64,000 nucleotides of DNA from Candidatus Multivoradales bacterium (GTDB lineage: Bacteria; Acidobacteriota; Thermoanaerobaculia; Multivoradales; Multivoraceae). Shown one piece after another: positions 19,005 to 27,666 of the stretch (positions are counted from its first letter, which is position 1; the number at the start of each line of letters is the position of its first letter). The stretch is from the NCBI GenBank assembly GCA_965223325.1, contig CBDCWI010000001.1:1280001-1344000 (forward strand), written 5' to 3'. The position numbers and the translations under genes were made by a program. Below the pieces are notes generated by a model that was not told where the DNA came from, did not search any database, and saw only the letters and a program-made list of their open reading frames with translations.

Positions 19005-21989
19005 ATGAACGGAACGAAAGCTTTCGTCCTCCTGGCGCTTGCAGCCATGCTGCTCGTGTCGCTGCCCGTTTCGGCTCAGGTGCCGACCGGGACAGTCACT
19101 GGCAAGGTTGCCGACGCGAGCGGTGACGCTCTGCCCGGCGTCCTGATCACTGCCGAGTCTGATGCCCTTCAAGGCACTCGCACCGCGACGTCTGACGTCA
19201 ACGGCAACTACAAACTAGGCTTCCTGCCTGCGGGTCTCTATGAGCTGACCTACGGCCTCGATGGCTTCGGGACGGCGACCAAGACGGTTCGCGTTAGCGC
19301 CGCCCAGGCACCGCGCGTCGACACCGTCGTGCTCCAGCTTGCCGACGTCACGGAAGAAATCCTCGTCACGTCGAGTCTCGACACGGTCTCTGACCGCGGC
19401 GCCGTCGCGACAACCGTCGGCCAGGACGAGCTCGAGAAGCTCCCCGTCGCCCGCAACATCACCCAGGCTGTCGATCTGGTTCCCGGCGTCCATCGCTCCG
19501 GTCCGACCCGTAGTGGTAGCCGTGAAGGCAACGTTTCGATCTCGGGCGCCATGTCCTTCGAGAACCTGTGGACGGTCAACGGCGTCGTCGTCAATGAGAA
19601 CCTGCGCGGCCAACCGCTCGACCTTTTCATTGAAGACGCGATCCAGGAAACCACCACCCAGACGGGTGGTATCTCGGCCGAGTTCGGTCGTTTCACCGGC
19701 GGTGTGGTCAACGTGCTCACCAAGTCCGGTAGCAACGAGTTCCACGGTGGCCTGCGCGTCAACCTCGCCAACCAGGACTGGGAAGAGCCCACCGAGTTGA
19801 CAGCGTCACAGGAAGACCAGGTCAACGACACCTATGAGGCCACCCTCGGCGGCAAGCTGATGACGGACAAGCTGTGGTTCTTCCTGGCGGGACGCGATTT
19901 CGATCGCGCCACCCAGGCCACCACCGCACGCACCCTGATTCCCTTCGATGAGACCCGCGCTCAGACGCGCATCGAGGGCAAGTTGACCGCCAACATCACC
20001 GAGAGCCACAACTTCGTCGCTTCGTATTTCGACATCGACGACACCGCGACCGGCGACACCTTCGGTGACGTTCTCGAGATCTCGGCGCTCTCCAACCGCC
20101 AGGATCCGCAGGAGCTGTTCGCGTTGCACTACAGCGGCGTATACGGCACCAACTGGTACGTTGAAGCGCAGTACTCCGAACGCCAGCTGATGAACGCCAT
20201 CGGCAGCGGCGGCCCGCGCGACATCATCCGCGGTGCCACCTGGGAGACGGTCATCGACGACTCGACCTTCGGCTCGCCGCCGTTCTGCGGTGAGTGCGAA
20301 GACGAAGAGCGCAGCAACGAGAACGCTCTGGTCAAGGCGTCGTACTTCTTGTCGACCAACAGCGCCGGCACCCACGACATTTCGTTCGGCTACGACACCT
20401 TCTCGGACATCGCGTTCGACGTAAACCATCAGGCTGGCAACGACTTCCGCCTGGCAGCGGACGACGTGATCATCGACGGTCAGAACGCCTATCCGGTGCT
20501 CGACCCAGTCAATGGGTCGGCCTGGGCGGCCGTGTGGCCGGTCTTTGGTCTCGACCGCGTGCAGAAGACCGACTTCGAAACCAACTCCTTCTTCGTCAAC
20601 GATCGCTGGCAGCTCAACGACAAGTGGAGCTTCAACGTTGGTGTTCGCTACGACGAGAACGACGGCATCGATGCCGGCGGCGCCAAGATCTCCGACGACA
20701 ACAAGATCTCGCCGCGCCTCGGCCTGACCTTCGACGTCAAAGGTGACGGCGACATGCTGGTCAACGCGAGCTACGGCTCCTACGTTGCCGCACTTGCCAA
20801 CAACCGCGCCGACGCGACCGCCACGGGCGGCGCCATCGGCCGTGCGATCCTTTTCTACGGTGGTGACCCGATCAACACCGACCCGAACTGCGTCGCGCGC
20901 GGTGATTGCATCACGACGGATCAGGCGACCGAGATGGTGATGAACTGGTGGCTCGAAACCACCGGCTTCAACCCGATCACGGACCCGCCGGAGAACATCG
21001 CCAGCATTCCTGGCGCCCAGTTCTTGACCATTCCGGGCACCGAGAGCAACACCGTCATCCGTGAAAGCCTGAAGTCTCCGTCTGTCGACGAGTACACCAT
21101 TGGCCTCACCAAGCGCCTCGGTAACCGCGGTTCGATCCGTGCCGACGTGGTGTACAAAGACTGGACCGACTTCTACTCCGATCGCGTGACCCAACAGACC
21201 GGGCAGGTCTTGATTCAGGGCAACCCGTTCGACCTGACCGAGGTCGGCAACTTCGGTAACGACACCATCGAGCGCACCTACACTGGCCTGCACTTGAACT
21301 TCCGCTATCGTCCGCTGGATCGCCTGAACGTCGCAGTGGCCTACGCCCTGTCGGAGCTCGAAGGCAACATCAACGGTGAGACCCGGGCCTCTGGTCCGGT
21401 GACTCTGTCGCCGCAGGTCTATCCGGAGCTCAAGGGCTTCTCCCAGTACGCACCGATTGGTGCACTGGGAGCGGACCAGACCCACAAGTTCCGCGGTTGG
21501 GCGATCTACGACATTCTGCAGGGCAGGCGCCACAACCTTTCTGTGTCCTGGCTGCAGCGCTTCAATTCGGGCACGCCGTACGGCGCTCTCGGTGCGGTCG
21601 ACGCGCGGCCGTTCGCGGATGTTTCTTCGTACATCACACCGGCCCCGCAGGTGAGCTACTACTTCACCGACCGTGACGCCTTCCACACCGAAGATGTCAC
21701 CCAGTCCGACCTCTCGTTCAACTACACATTCCGCTTCAGTGACCGCTTCGAGGTCTACATCCAGCCGGAAGTCTTGAACGTGTTTGACGAACAGGCGGTG
21801 ATCGACGTCGATACGGTTGTCCAGGATGCGGTCAGCGACGGTGGTGCTTTCTCCACCTTCGACCCGTTCACCGAAACCCCGGTCCAGGGGACCCACTGGG
21901 CCCTCGGCGACAACTTCGGTCAGCCGATCGACGAGAACGACTTCCAGACGCCGCGGATCTACCGCTTCTCGGTCGGGTTCCGTTTCTAG
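19005..21989 (+). CDS. TonB-dependent receptor, Oar-like, with N-terminal carboxypeptidase-regulatory-like domain
   Basis: Signal peptide; GTVTGKVAD..G.ALPGV; plug motif SAEFGRFTGGVVNVLTKSG; beta-barrel strands; C-terminal FSVGFRF. Confidence 0.93.
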   Translation: MNGTKAFVLLALAAMLLVSLPVSAQVPTGTVTGKVADASGDALPGVLITAESDALQGTRTATSDVNGNYKLGFLPAGLYELTYGLDGFGTATKTVRVSAAQAPRVDTVVLQLADVTEEILVTSSLDTVSDRGAVATTVGQDELEKLPVARNITQAVDLVPGVHRSGPTRSGSREGNVSISGAMSFENLWTVNGVVVNENLRGQPLDLFIEDAIQETTTQTGGISAEFGRFTGGVVNVLTKSGSNEFHGGLRVNLANQDWEEPTELTASQEDQVNDTYEATLGGKLMTDKLWFFLAGRDFDRATQATTARTLIPFDETRAQTRIEGKLTANITESHNFVASYFDIDDTATGDTFGDVLEISALSNRQDPQELFALHYSGVYGTNWYVEAQYSERQLMNAIGSGGPRDIIRGATWETVIDDSTFGSPPFCGECEDEERSNENALVKASYFLSTNSAGTHDISFGYDTFSDIAFDVNHQAGNDFRLAADDVIIDGQNAYPVLDPVNGSAWAAVWPVFGLDRVQKTDFETNSFFVNDRWQLNDKWSFNVGVRYDENDGIDAGGAKISDDNKISPRLGLTFDVKGDGDMLVNASYGSYVAALANNRADATATGGAIGRAILFYGGDPINTDPNCVARGDCITTDQATEMVMNWWLETTGFNPITDPPENIASIPGAQFLTIPGTESNTVIRESLKSPSVDEYTIGLTKRLGNRGSIRADVVYKDWTDFYSDRVTQQTGQVLIQGNPFDLTEVGNFGNDTIERTYTGLHLNFRYRPLDRLNVAVAYALSELEGNINGETRASGPVTLSPQVYPELKGFSQYAPIGALGADQTHKFRGWAIYDILQGRRHNLSVSWLQRFNSGTPYGALGAVDARPFADVSSYITPAPQVSYYFTDRDAFHTEDVTQSDLSFNYTFRFSDRFEVYIQPEVLNVFDEQAVIDVDTVVQDAVSDGGAFSTFDPFTETPVQGTHWALGDNFGQPIDENDFQTPRIYRFSVGFRF

Positions 21990-22013
21990 GAACCTCTAGT
22001 CGTTCGCGAAGAT

Positions 22014-22048
22014 GCCCCGGCCCTCCAAGGGTCGGGGCGCTTTCTTTT
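22014..22048 (+). terminator. Rho-independent terminator after the TonB-dependent receptor
   Basis: GCCCCGGCCC-TCCAA-GGGTCGGGGC stem followed by GCTTTCTTTT. Confidence 0.85.
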
Positions 22049-22068
22049 GCGCTTTCGCCAGCGAAGCC

Positions 22069-23553
22069 TCAGGTCGTGGGCAGGCGAAACCAGAAGGCGG
22101 CTCCCTGCCCCTCTTCACTGGCAACGCCAATCGAGCCTTCGTGCAGATCGATGATCTTGCTGGCGATGGCGAGCCCCAGGCCACAGGCACGCCCCTGGGT
22201 GCGGCGCTCGCTTCGATCCTTGCGGTCGCTCCACAGTCGCTCGAACACGTGGGGTAGTTCATCGGCCGGGATGCCACAGCCTTCGTCCTGGACCTTGACC
22301 TCGACCTCACCCTCGCGCTGATTGACGGACAGCGCTACCGAACCACCTGGTGGTGAGTGCCTGATCGCGTTGTCGAGCAGGTTCTCGAGGACGCGCTCGA
22401 GCAAACGAACATCTCCGAGAACCCATGGAACCCCGGACCGAAGCTCGCTCTCGAGCACGACGCCAGACTGTTCAGCGCGCAGGCGGACCTTCTGCTCGAC
22501 GTCCTGGACGAGCTCTGAGAGCAACAGCGGCTCGCGTACGAACGGCTCGTCGCCTGACTCCAGCGTGGCGAGTTCGAACAGCTCGCGCACAAGAGTCGAC
22601 AGGCGTTCACCCTGCGAGGCTGCCATCTCGAGCCACTCGCCGCGTTCTTCGGCCGAAAGGCGATCCCACTTGACGCGCAGGGTCTCGAGCGAACCCTGCA
22701 ATGAAGCGAGCGGCGTGCGTAAGTCGTGAGACACGTTGGCGACCAGTTCGCGGCGCCGTCGGTCAGCCTCGTTGAGAGCAGCCAGTTGTTCGTCGACGCG
22801 CAAAGCGAGGCGACGGAATGAGTCACCGAGACGATCGACCTCGTCGGCTCTCTTCGAGCCCTTCTGCCAGCCGGCGAAGGCAGAGGAGTCGGGGTGCGGC
22901 TCCTGCCCGAGGTGGTACGCATCGGCAGCATCGGTGAGCCTCGCGATTCGCCTTGTCCAGCCACGAGTCAAGAGCCACGCCAGGATAAAGGCAAGAAAGA
23001 AGGCTCCCAACAGGGTCGCCGTTCCGAGGCGCGAGAGAAAACCGCCGAGCAGCGCCTGCCTGGCGCTGTCCCAGGTCTCGCCAGCGAGAACGACATAGAG
23101 GTAGCCGTCGACCTCGCCGTTCTCGCCGGTGACCGGCGCGGCCGAGAAGACCTTGCGGCGTTCGGGGTGTCGCGGATCATCGCCGCGCAGGGGAAGGCGC
23201 TCGCCGGAGAGAAAACGATGAACCGGCGCGAGATCGACTGACTCGCTCTCGACCGCGCCTTCAGGGGCCGAGAACGAAAGAATGTTGCCCGTCGTGTCGA
23301 GGAGGTAGCACTCAATGCGCGGGTTGACCACCATCAGAGTGTGGAAAACGTGTTCGAGGGCGACGGGATCGATCTCGCCACCGGGAAGAAGATGGGCTTC
23401 TTTGACTAGATGCTCGGCGAGCTCGATGTTGAGTCTTTGCTCGAGCTCCTCGCCGTGCAACCGGGTCAGCCACACGTGTAGCGCCAACACCACCACGCCG
23501 ACAGCTGCAAAAAGGACGAACAGCCAAGTCGCGGCACGGCGGTCCAACCTCAC
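22069..23553 (-). CDS. Sensor histidine kinase (periplasmic sensor, HAMP, HisKA, HATPase)
   Basis: Two TM segments; SHDLRTPL; NLLDNAIRH; DEGCGI; GLGLAI; GTG start at 23553 overlaps the regulator stop (GTGA). Confidence 0.92.
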   Translation of the reverse strand: MRLDRRAATWLFVLFAAVGVVVLALHVWLTRLHGEELEQRLNIELAEHLVKEAHLLPGGEIDPVALEHVFHTLMVVNPRIECYLLDTTGNILSFSAPEGAVESESVDLAPVHRFLSGERLPLRGDDPRHPERRKVFSAAPVTGENGEVDGYLYVVLAGETWDSARQALLGGFLSRLGTATLLGAFFLAFILAWLLTRGWTRRIARLTDAADAYHLGQEPHPDSSAFAGWQKGSKRADEVDRLGDSFRRLALRVDEQLAALNEADRRRRELVANVSHDLRTPLASLQGSLETLRVKWDRLSAEERGEWLEMAASQGERLSTLVRELFELATLESGDEPFVREPLLLSELVQDVEQKVRLRAEQSGVVLESELRSGVPWVLGDVRLLERVLENLLDNAIRHSPPGGSVALSVNQREGEVEVKVQDEGCGIPADELPHVFERLWSDRKDRSERRTQGRACGLGLAIASKIIDLHEGSIGVASEEGQGAAFWFRLPTT

Positions 23554-24290
23554 GGAGCATCCTCCGAAGCCGGCACGCCGGCCGGGTCGAGTTTGTAGCC
23601 CACTCCCCAGACCGTGAGCACGATCTCTGGCTTGGATGACTCGGTTTCGATCTTGGCGCGCAGGCGGTTGATGTGTGAGTTCACGGTGTGCTCGTAGCCA
23701 TCGTGTTTGTAACCCCAGACCGCGTCGAGCAGCTCGGCGCGGCGGAAGACTCTTCCTGGATAGCGCGCGAAGTGGGCCAGGAGGTCGAACTCGCGTGCCG
23801 TGAGCTCGACCGCCTGGCCACGCAAGGTGACCGACCGCGTCTCTTGATCGACGAGCAAACCACCGAGTTGGAGTTTCTCGAGTTTGTCGCCGCTCAGGGC
23901 TTCGCCGCGCCTGAAGATCGCCTTGACGCGCGCGACCAACTCGAGAATGCTGAACGGTTTGGTGACGTAGTCGTCGGCGCCGCTCTCGAGCCCGAGAATG
24001 CGATCGAGCTCTGCCGAGCGGGCCGTCAGCATCAAGATGGCTGTGTAGTCGGCCTGCTCTTGCTCTCTCACCGCACGGCAGATCTCCAGGCCGTCGAGAT
24101 CGGGCAGCATCCAATCGAGAATCAAGAGGTCCCAGGAACCGGCCCCGGTCGCCAGTTCGCGGCCGAGGCGCCCGGTGGTCGCGACCGTCAGGTGACAGTT
24201 GAGGTCGCGCAGGTGAGTCTCGACGAGTCGGGCGATGTCTGGGTCGTCCTCGACCAGGAGCACCTTTCGTTGGCCGCGTGCGTCGTTCAT
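23550..24290 (-). CDS. OmpR/PhoB family response regulator
   Basis: LLVEDD, LDWMLP, GADDYVTKPF, TVNSHINRLRAKIE, TVWGVGY. Confidence 0.95.
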   Translation of the reverse strand: MNDARGQRKVLLVEDDPDIARLVETHLRDLNCHLTVATTGRLGRELATGAGSWDLLILDWMLPDLDGLEICRAVREQEQADYTAILMLTARSAELDRILGLESGADDYVTKPFSILELVARVKAIFRRGEALSGDKLEKLQLGGLLVDQETRSVTLRGQAVELTAREFDLLAHFARYPGRVFRRAELLDAVWGYKHDGYEHTVNSHINRLRAKIETESSKPEIVLTVWGVGYKLDPAGVPASEDAP

Positions 24291-24525
24291 TGGAGGCTCA
24301 GTCTTCTCGATCGGGGTCGCTGTTCGGGGTTGCCGGTTGTGGGCTGGACAGGTGGCGGACGCGTCGAGGGTTCAGGATGAATGCTAGTTCCGCGAAGATC
24401 ACGATTTCATCCCGCCTTGGTTGCTCAGGTGCTCTGGCCCTTGCGAGTGGCGATTGATCATTGAAAACGGGCTTTTCGTCCCGTGATCGTAGTGATCCCG
24501 GGTACTGCACTGAAACCATCGAGGC

Positions 24526-25884
24526 ATGCGTCTCGCTCAACTCGACTCTCTCCCTTCCAGCGGCAGGCGGCCTGCCCTCTCGACCGTCCTCTGCATCCTC
24601 TGCGTCTTCATCCTGGCGCCTGCCTGGGGGTCGTCGGTCGCCGCCCAGACGGTGGGGCGTCTTCAGGTCGACGTTCGCGACTCGGCCAACGAGCCGATCG
24701 CTGATGCCAGTCTCTCTCTACGTTCGGACGACAGCAAGCAGATCAGTCTCGAGGCGACCAGCAACCAGAAGGGGCGCGCCCTGTTCACGTTGCGCGACGC
24801 GACGCTGCACTACCGGTTGCACGTCGAAGCAGATGGCTACGGCCCGGCAGACACCGAGGTCGACCCCAAAGTCGGCACGATCACCAGGCTCTCCGTCAGC
24901 CTGTTCGCCGACCAGGCGCTGCCCGCGGTCGGCGGGTCGGGTAGCGGCGCTTTCTCCGACGCGGTGGTCACCGACACAGATGCCGAGCCCGGGCCGCAAT
25001 GGACAGACGCCGAGCGGCTGCACAATCAAGGCGTCGAGGCACTGCGCACCGGCCACAACGAGGAGGCGGCGGGGCTGTTCGAACAAGCCGTGCAAACGGA
25101 TCCGCAGCTGGCCACTTCGTGGTCCGCTCTGGCCGGCGTGCGTCTCTTGAACGGCGACTCGGCCGGCGCCGTCGAGGCTGCCACCGCTTTGCTCGGCCTT
25201 GCACCAGACAGCCCGCGCGCCTGGGGGATTCTCTACGACGCGCACCAGCGCCTGGGCAACAAGTCCGAAGCCAACGAAGCGCGTCGTCGACTGGAGGCGA
25301 TGGGCTCTGGCAGTGATCGAGCCGCACTGCTCTACAACCAGGGAACCGAGGCGTGGCGCGTTGGAGACCTGGTCGGTGCCGCCAGTGCCTTCGAGAGTGC
25401 TCTCGAAGAAGACGCCAACCTGGCGCCCGCCATCTTCGGCCTCGCCCGCGTCGACCTACGCCGCGAACGCCACGCCGAGGCCCTCGCCCATACCGAGCGC
25501 TTGCACGTCCTCGAACCAGATCACACCGGCGGCCTGCGGGTGCGCTGGGAGGCGCTCAACGCTCTCGGTCGAACCGCTGAAGCCCAAACGACCTACGATC
25601 GCCTGGCCGAACTCGACCCGGGGACCCTCCAGATCGAAGCGCAAGAGAGCCTACGCACCGGCAAACAGCTCTTCGACGCCAACAAACTCGCCGCCGCGAA
25701 CGGCCACTTCGAAAAGGCCCTGCGCCTCGATCCCGACCTGGCCGAAGCCCATTGGTTCCTCGGCCTCATCGCCGTCAACGCCGACGACTCAGCCAGCGCC
25801 CGCAAGCACCTCGAAGCCTTCCTCACCGCCGCCCCACTCTCCGAGAACGCCGCAGTAGCCCGTCAGATGCTCGAACACCTCTAA
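24526..25884 (+). CDS. Exported protein with carboxypeptidase-regulatory-like domain and TPR repeats
   Basis: Signal-like N-terminus; V.VRDSANEPIADA...G.Y.L.VEADGY; TPR units to the C-terminus. Confidence 0.82.
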   Translation: MRLAQLDSLPSSGRRPALSTVLCILCVFILAPAWGSSVAAQTVGRLQVDVRDSANEPIADASLSLRSDDSKQISLEATSNQKGRALFTLRDATLHYRLHVEADGYGPADTEVDPKVGTITRLSVSLFADQALPAVGGSGSGAFSDAVVTDTDAEPGPQWTDAERLHNQGVEALRTGHNEEAAGLFEQAVQTDPQLATSWSALAGVRLLNGDSAGAVEAATALLGLAPDSPRAWGILYDAHQRLGNKSEANEARRRLEAMGSGSDRAALLYNQGTEAWRVGDLVGAASAFESALEEDANLAPAIFGLARVDLRRERHAEALAHTERLHVLEPDHTGGLRVRWEALNALGRTAEAQTTYDRLAELDPGTLQIEAQESLRTGKQLFDANKLAAANGHFEKALRLDPDLAEAHWFLGLIAVNADDSASARKHLEAFLTAAPLSENAAVARQMLEHL

Positions 25885-25885
25885 G

Positions 25886-25979
25886 CCCGGGCAATTCCCG
25901 GGCGCTTCCCGGGCGCTTCCCGGGCGTTTCCCGGGCGTTTCCCGGGCAAATGACTGGGGTGATTCTTGGGAATCTCGGG
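25886..25979 (+). repeat. Left 94-bp direct repeat: five 11-bp CCCGGGCnnTT units, a sixth variant unit, then a tail containing the hairpin GATTC-TTGG-GAATC
   Basis: Read directly; identical to 26811-26904. Confidence 0.95.
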
Positions 25980-26040
25980 CCAGATCGCGAGAAACGCGCC
26001 ACTTGTAAGGTTTCCGTCCCGACACTGCGTCTTAAGGGGT

Positions 26041-26784
26041 ATGTCTAAGCGGAGAATCGTCATCCCAGGTATCCCCCACCACGTGGTTCAGCGTGGTGTA
26101 CGAAGGCAGGAAGTTTTCTTTCAACCAGGAGATCAGGAGGTCTTCCTACAGATGCTGGAGACCGCGGCCAAGAGGTTCGGCGTATCCATGTGGGCCTACT
26201 GCCTCATGCCGAATCACATTCATCTGGTCGCCGTACCGGAAGAGCCGCACTCGCTCGGGTACACGTTCGGTGTCGCAGAAGCGCGCTACTCGCGCTTCAT
26301 CAATCAACGTCAGGGTTGCACTGGACACCTTTGGCAGGCGAGGTTCTTCTCGGCGCCACTGGATGCCCAGCATGCCTACAACGCGTGTCGCTACACGCTG
26401 CTCAATCCCGTCCGTGCAGGTCTCGTCGCCACTGCAGAGGAATGGGAGCACTCGAGTGCCCGCCAGCACCTCGGCGAGGAAACCCCACGGACCTTTCTCG
26501 ACCTTCGCGCCCTCGATCGCCACGTTTCGGCTTGGTGCGACTTTCTGGGGCCACGGGAGAACGAAACAGACTTCGCGACCAAGCTCAGGTATGCCACGGC
26601 AACCGGGCAAGCGCTGGGAAGCGGTGCGTTCACGAAGGCTGTAGCAGACCGATGGGGTGAAGTCGCTGGCGACGAGTCGGGTTCGGAACAACCGGTGGTC
26701 GCCACCATCGAGGAAGCTCAGCATGATGCAAACGAGCACACTCCGCCAAACCTCGAGGTGTCGCGACGCAACGTCGACGCCTAG
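26041..26784 (+). CDS. REP-associated tyrosine transposase (RAYT, Y1/HUH family)
   Basis: PHHVVQRG; AYCLMPNHIHL (HUH); GHLWQARF; RYTLLNPVRAGL (catalytic Tyr); WEHSSA. Confidence 0.93.
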   Translation: MSKRRIVIPGIPHHVVQRGVRRQEVFFQPGDQEVFLQMLETAAKRFGVSMWAYCLMPNHIHLVAVPEEPHSLGYTFGVAEARYSRFINQRQGCTGHLWQARFFSAPLDAQHAYNACRYTLLNPVRAGLVATAEEWEHSSARQHLGEETPRTFLDLRALDRHVSAWCDFLGPRENETDFATKLRYATATGQALGSGAFTKAVADRWGEVAGDESGSEQPVVATIEEAQHDANEHTPPNLEVSRRNVDA

Positions 26785-26799
26785 ACGCGCGGGAGGGCG

Positions 26800-26904
26800 C
26801 CCGGGCGCTTCCCGGGCAATTCCCGGGCGCTTCCCGGGCGCTTCCCGGGCGTTTCCCGGGCGTTTCCCGGGCAAATGACTGGGGTGATTCTTGGGAATCT
26901 CGGG
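26800..26904 (+). repeat. Right direct repeat (26811-26904 identical to the left copy, plus one extra 11-mer at 26800-26810)
   Basis: Read directly. Confidence 0.95.
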
Positions 26905-27453
26905 TCAGGGTTCAACGGCCTTGTAGATGCCGTAGAACTGCTCGGTCCAGCTCTTGCCACCGTCGGTGGTGGCGCGCCATTCCTGGGTGACGCTGCCGTC
27001 CTCCTGCGGGGTCCAGCGGATTTCGTGGACGACGGCTCCACCGTCGCGGCCGGTTGTTTCCATGCCCATGACCATGACGCCGTCCTCGAGACCGCCGATG
27101 AGATCGAGTCGACCGCCGGTGCCGTCGACCCAACTCTGGCGCCACTTGCCGTCGCGACGCCAGTACATGTTGAAGCTTTTGCCGATCGAGCCACCCGCCC
27201 CGCGCCAGTTCTCTTCGAGAACGCAGCCGTTGAGTGACTTGGTGATCGTGTTGTCGCCGGCATGGGAACCGTCACGGCTCTCGACCCGCCACTCGCCGAT
27301 CCAGAAATCGAACTGGCGATGTTCGTCTGCCGTGCAGTCGGGGCGCGCGCGCGCCGGGGCCCCTTCCTGGGCGGCCAGTGGTGAGGAACTGAAAAGGAGG
27401 AGGGCAATGGCCCCGAGGGACAGGAGGAAGAGACGGGTCACCTGATGTTTCAT
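26905..27453 (-). CDS. Secreted conserved hypothetical protein (DUF1579-like beta-barrel)
   Basis: Signal peptide; C...HRQFDFWIGEW; GCVLEENW; WRQSWVD; TDGGKSW. Confidence 0.75.
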   Translation of the reverse strand: MKHQVTRLFLLSLGAIALLLFSSSPLAAQEGAPARARPDCTADEHRQFDFWIGEWRVESRDGSHAGDNTITKSLNGCVLEENWRGAGGSIGKSFNMYWRRDGKWRQSWVDGTGGRLDLIGGLEDGVMVMGMETTGRDGGAVVHEIRWTPQEDGSVTQEWRATTDGGKSWTEQFYGIYKAVEP

Positions 27454-27666
27454 GCGGCCAGAACTCCTTTTGGTCGGCGGGCGGTCGCGAGCGCTGGCAA
27501 GCTACCACCGGCTGCCGGGCCGCGGATTCCCGATTGTGGTTGGTTCCAGACCGGGACCGAGAATTGGCCCCGTCGGCCCCTCTGCCTCTTGAGCGACGCC
27601 CTCTGAGCGACGAAGTGCCAACGGTTGACCGAATCGTCAACGGAAGGTCGTGCGCCTCGGGAGCGC

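Larger units (their letters stand above)
25886..26904 (+). mobile_element. Putative RAYT element bounded by direct repeats
   Basis: Transposase plus flanking identical repeats fill the whole gap between two convergent stop codons. Confidence 0.6.

Noticed and set aside
19806-21896. 696-aa minus-strand ORF
   Set aside because: Antisense shadow of the TonB-dependent receptor caused by high-GC codon bias; no motifs.
22069-24114. Apparent 681-aa kinase with a long N-terminal extension
   Set aside because: The extension is an off-frame read through the response regulator; the real start is the GTG at 23553.
25886-26904. 11-bp repeats as a CRISPR array
   Set aside because: Units are contiguous with no unique spacers, are too short, and there are no cas genes in the window.
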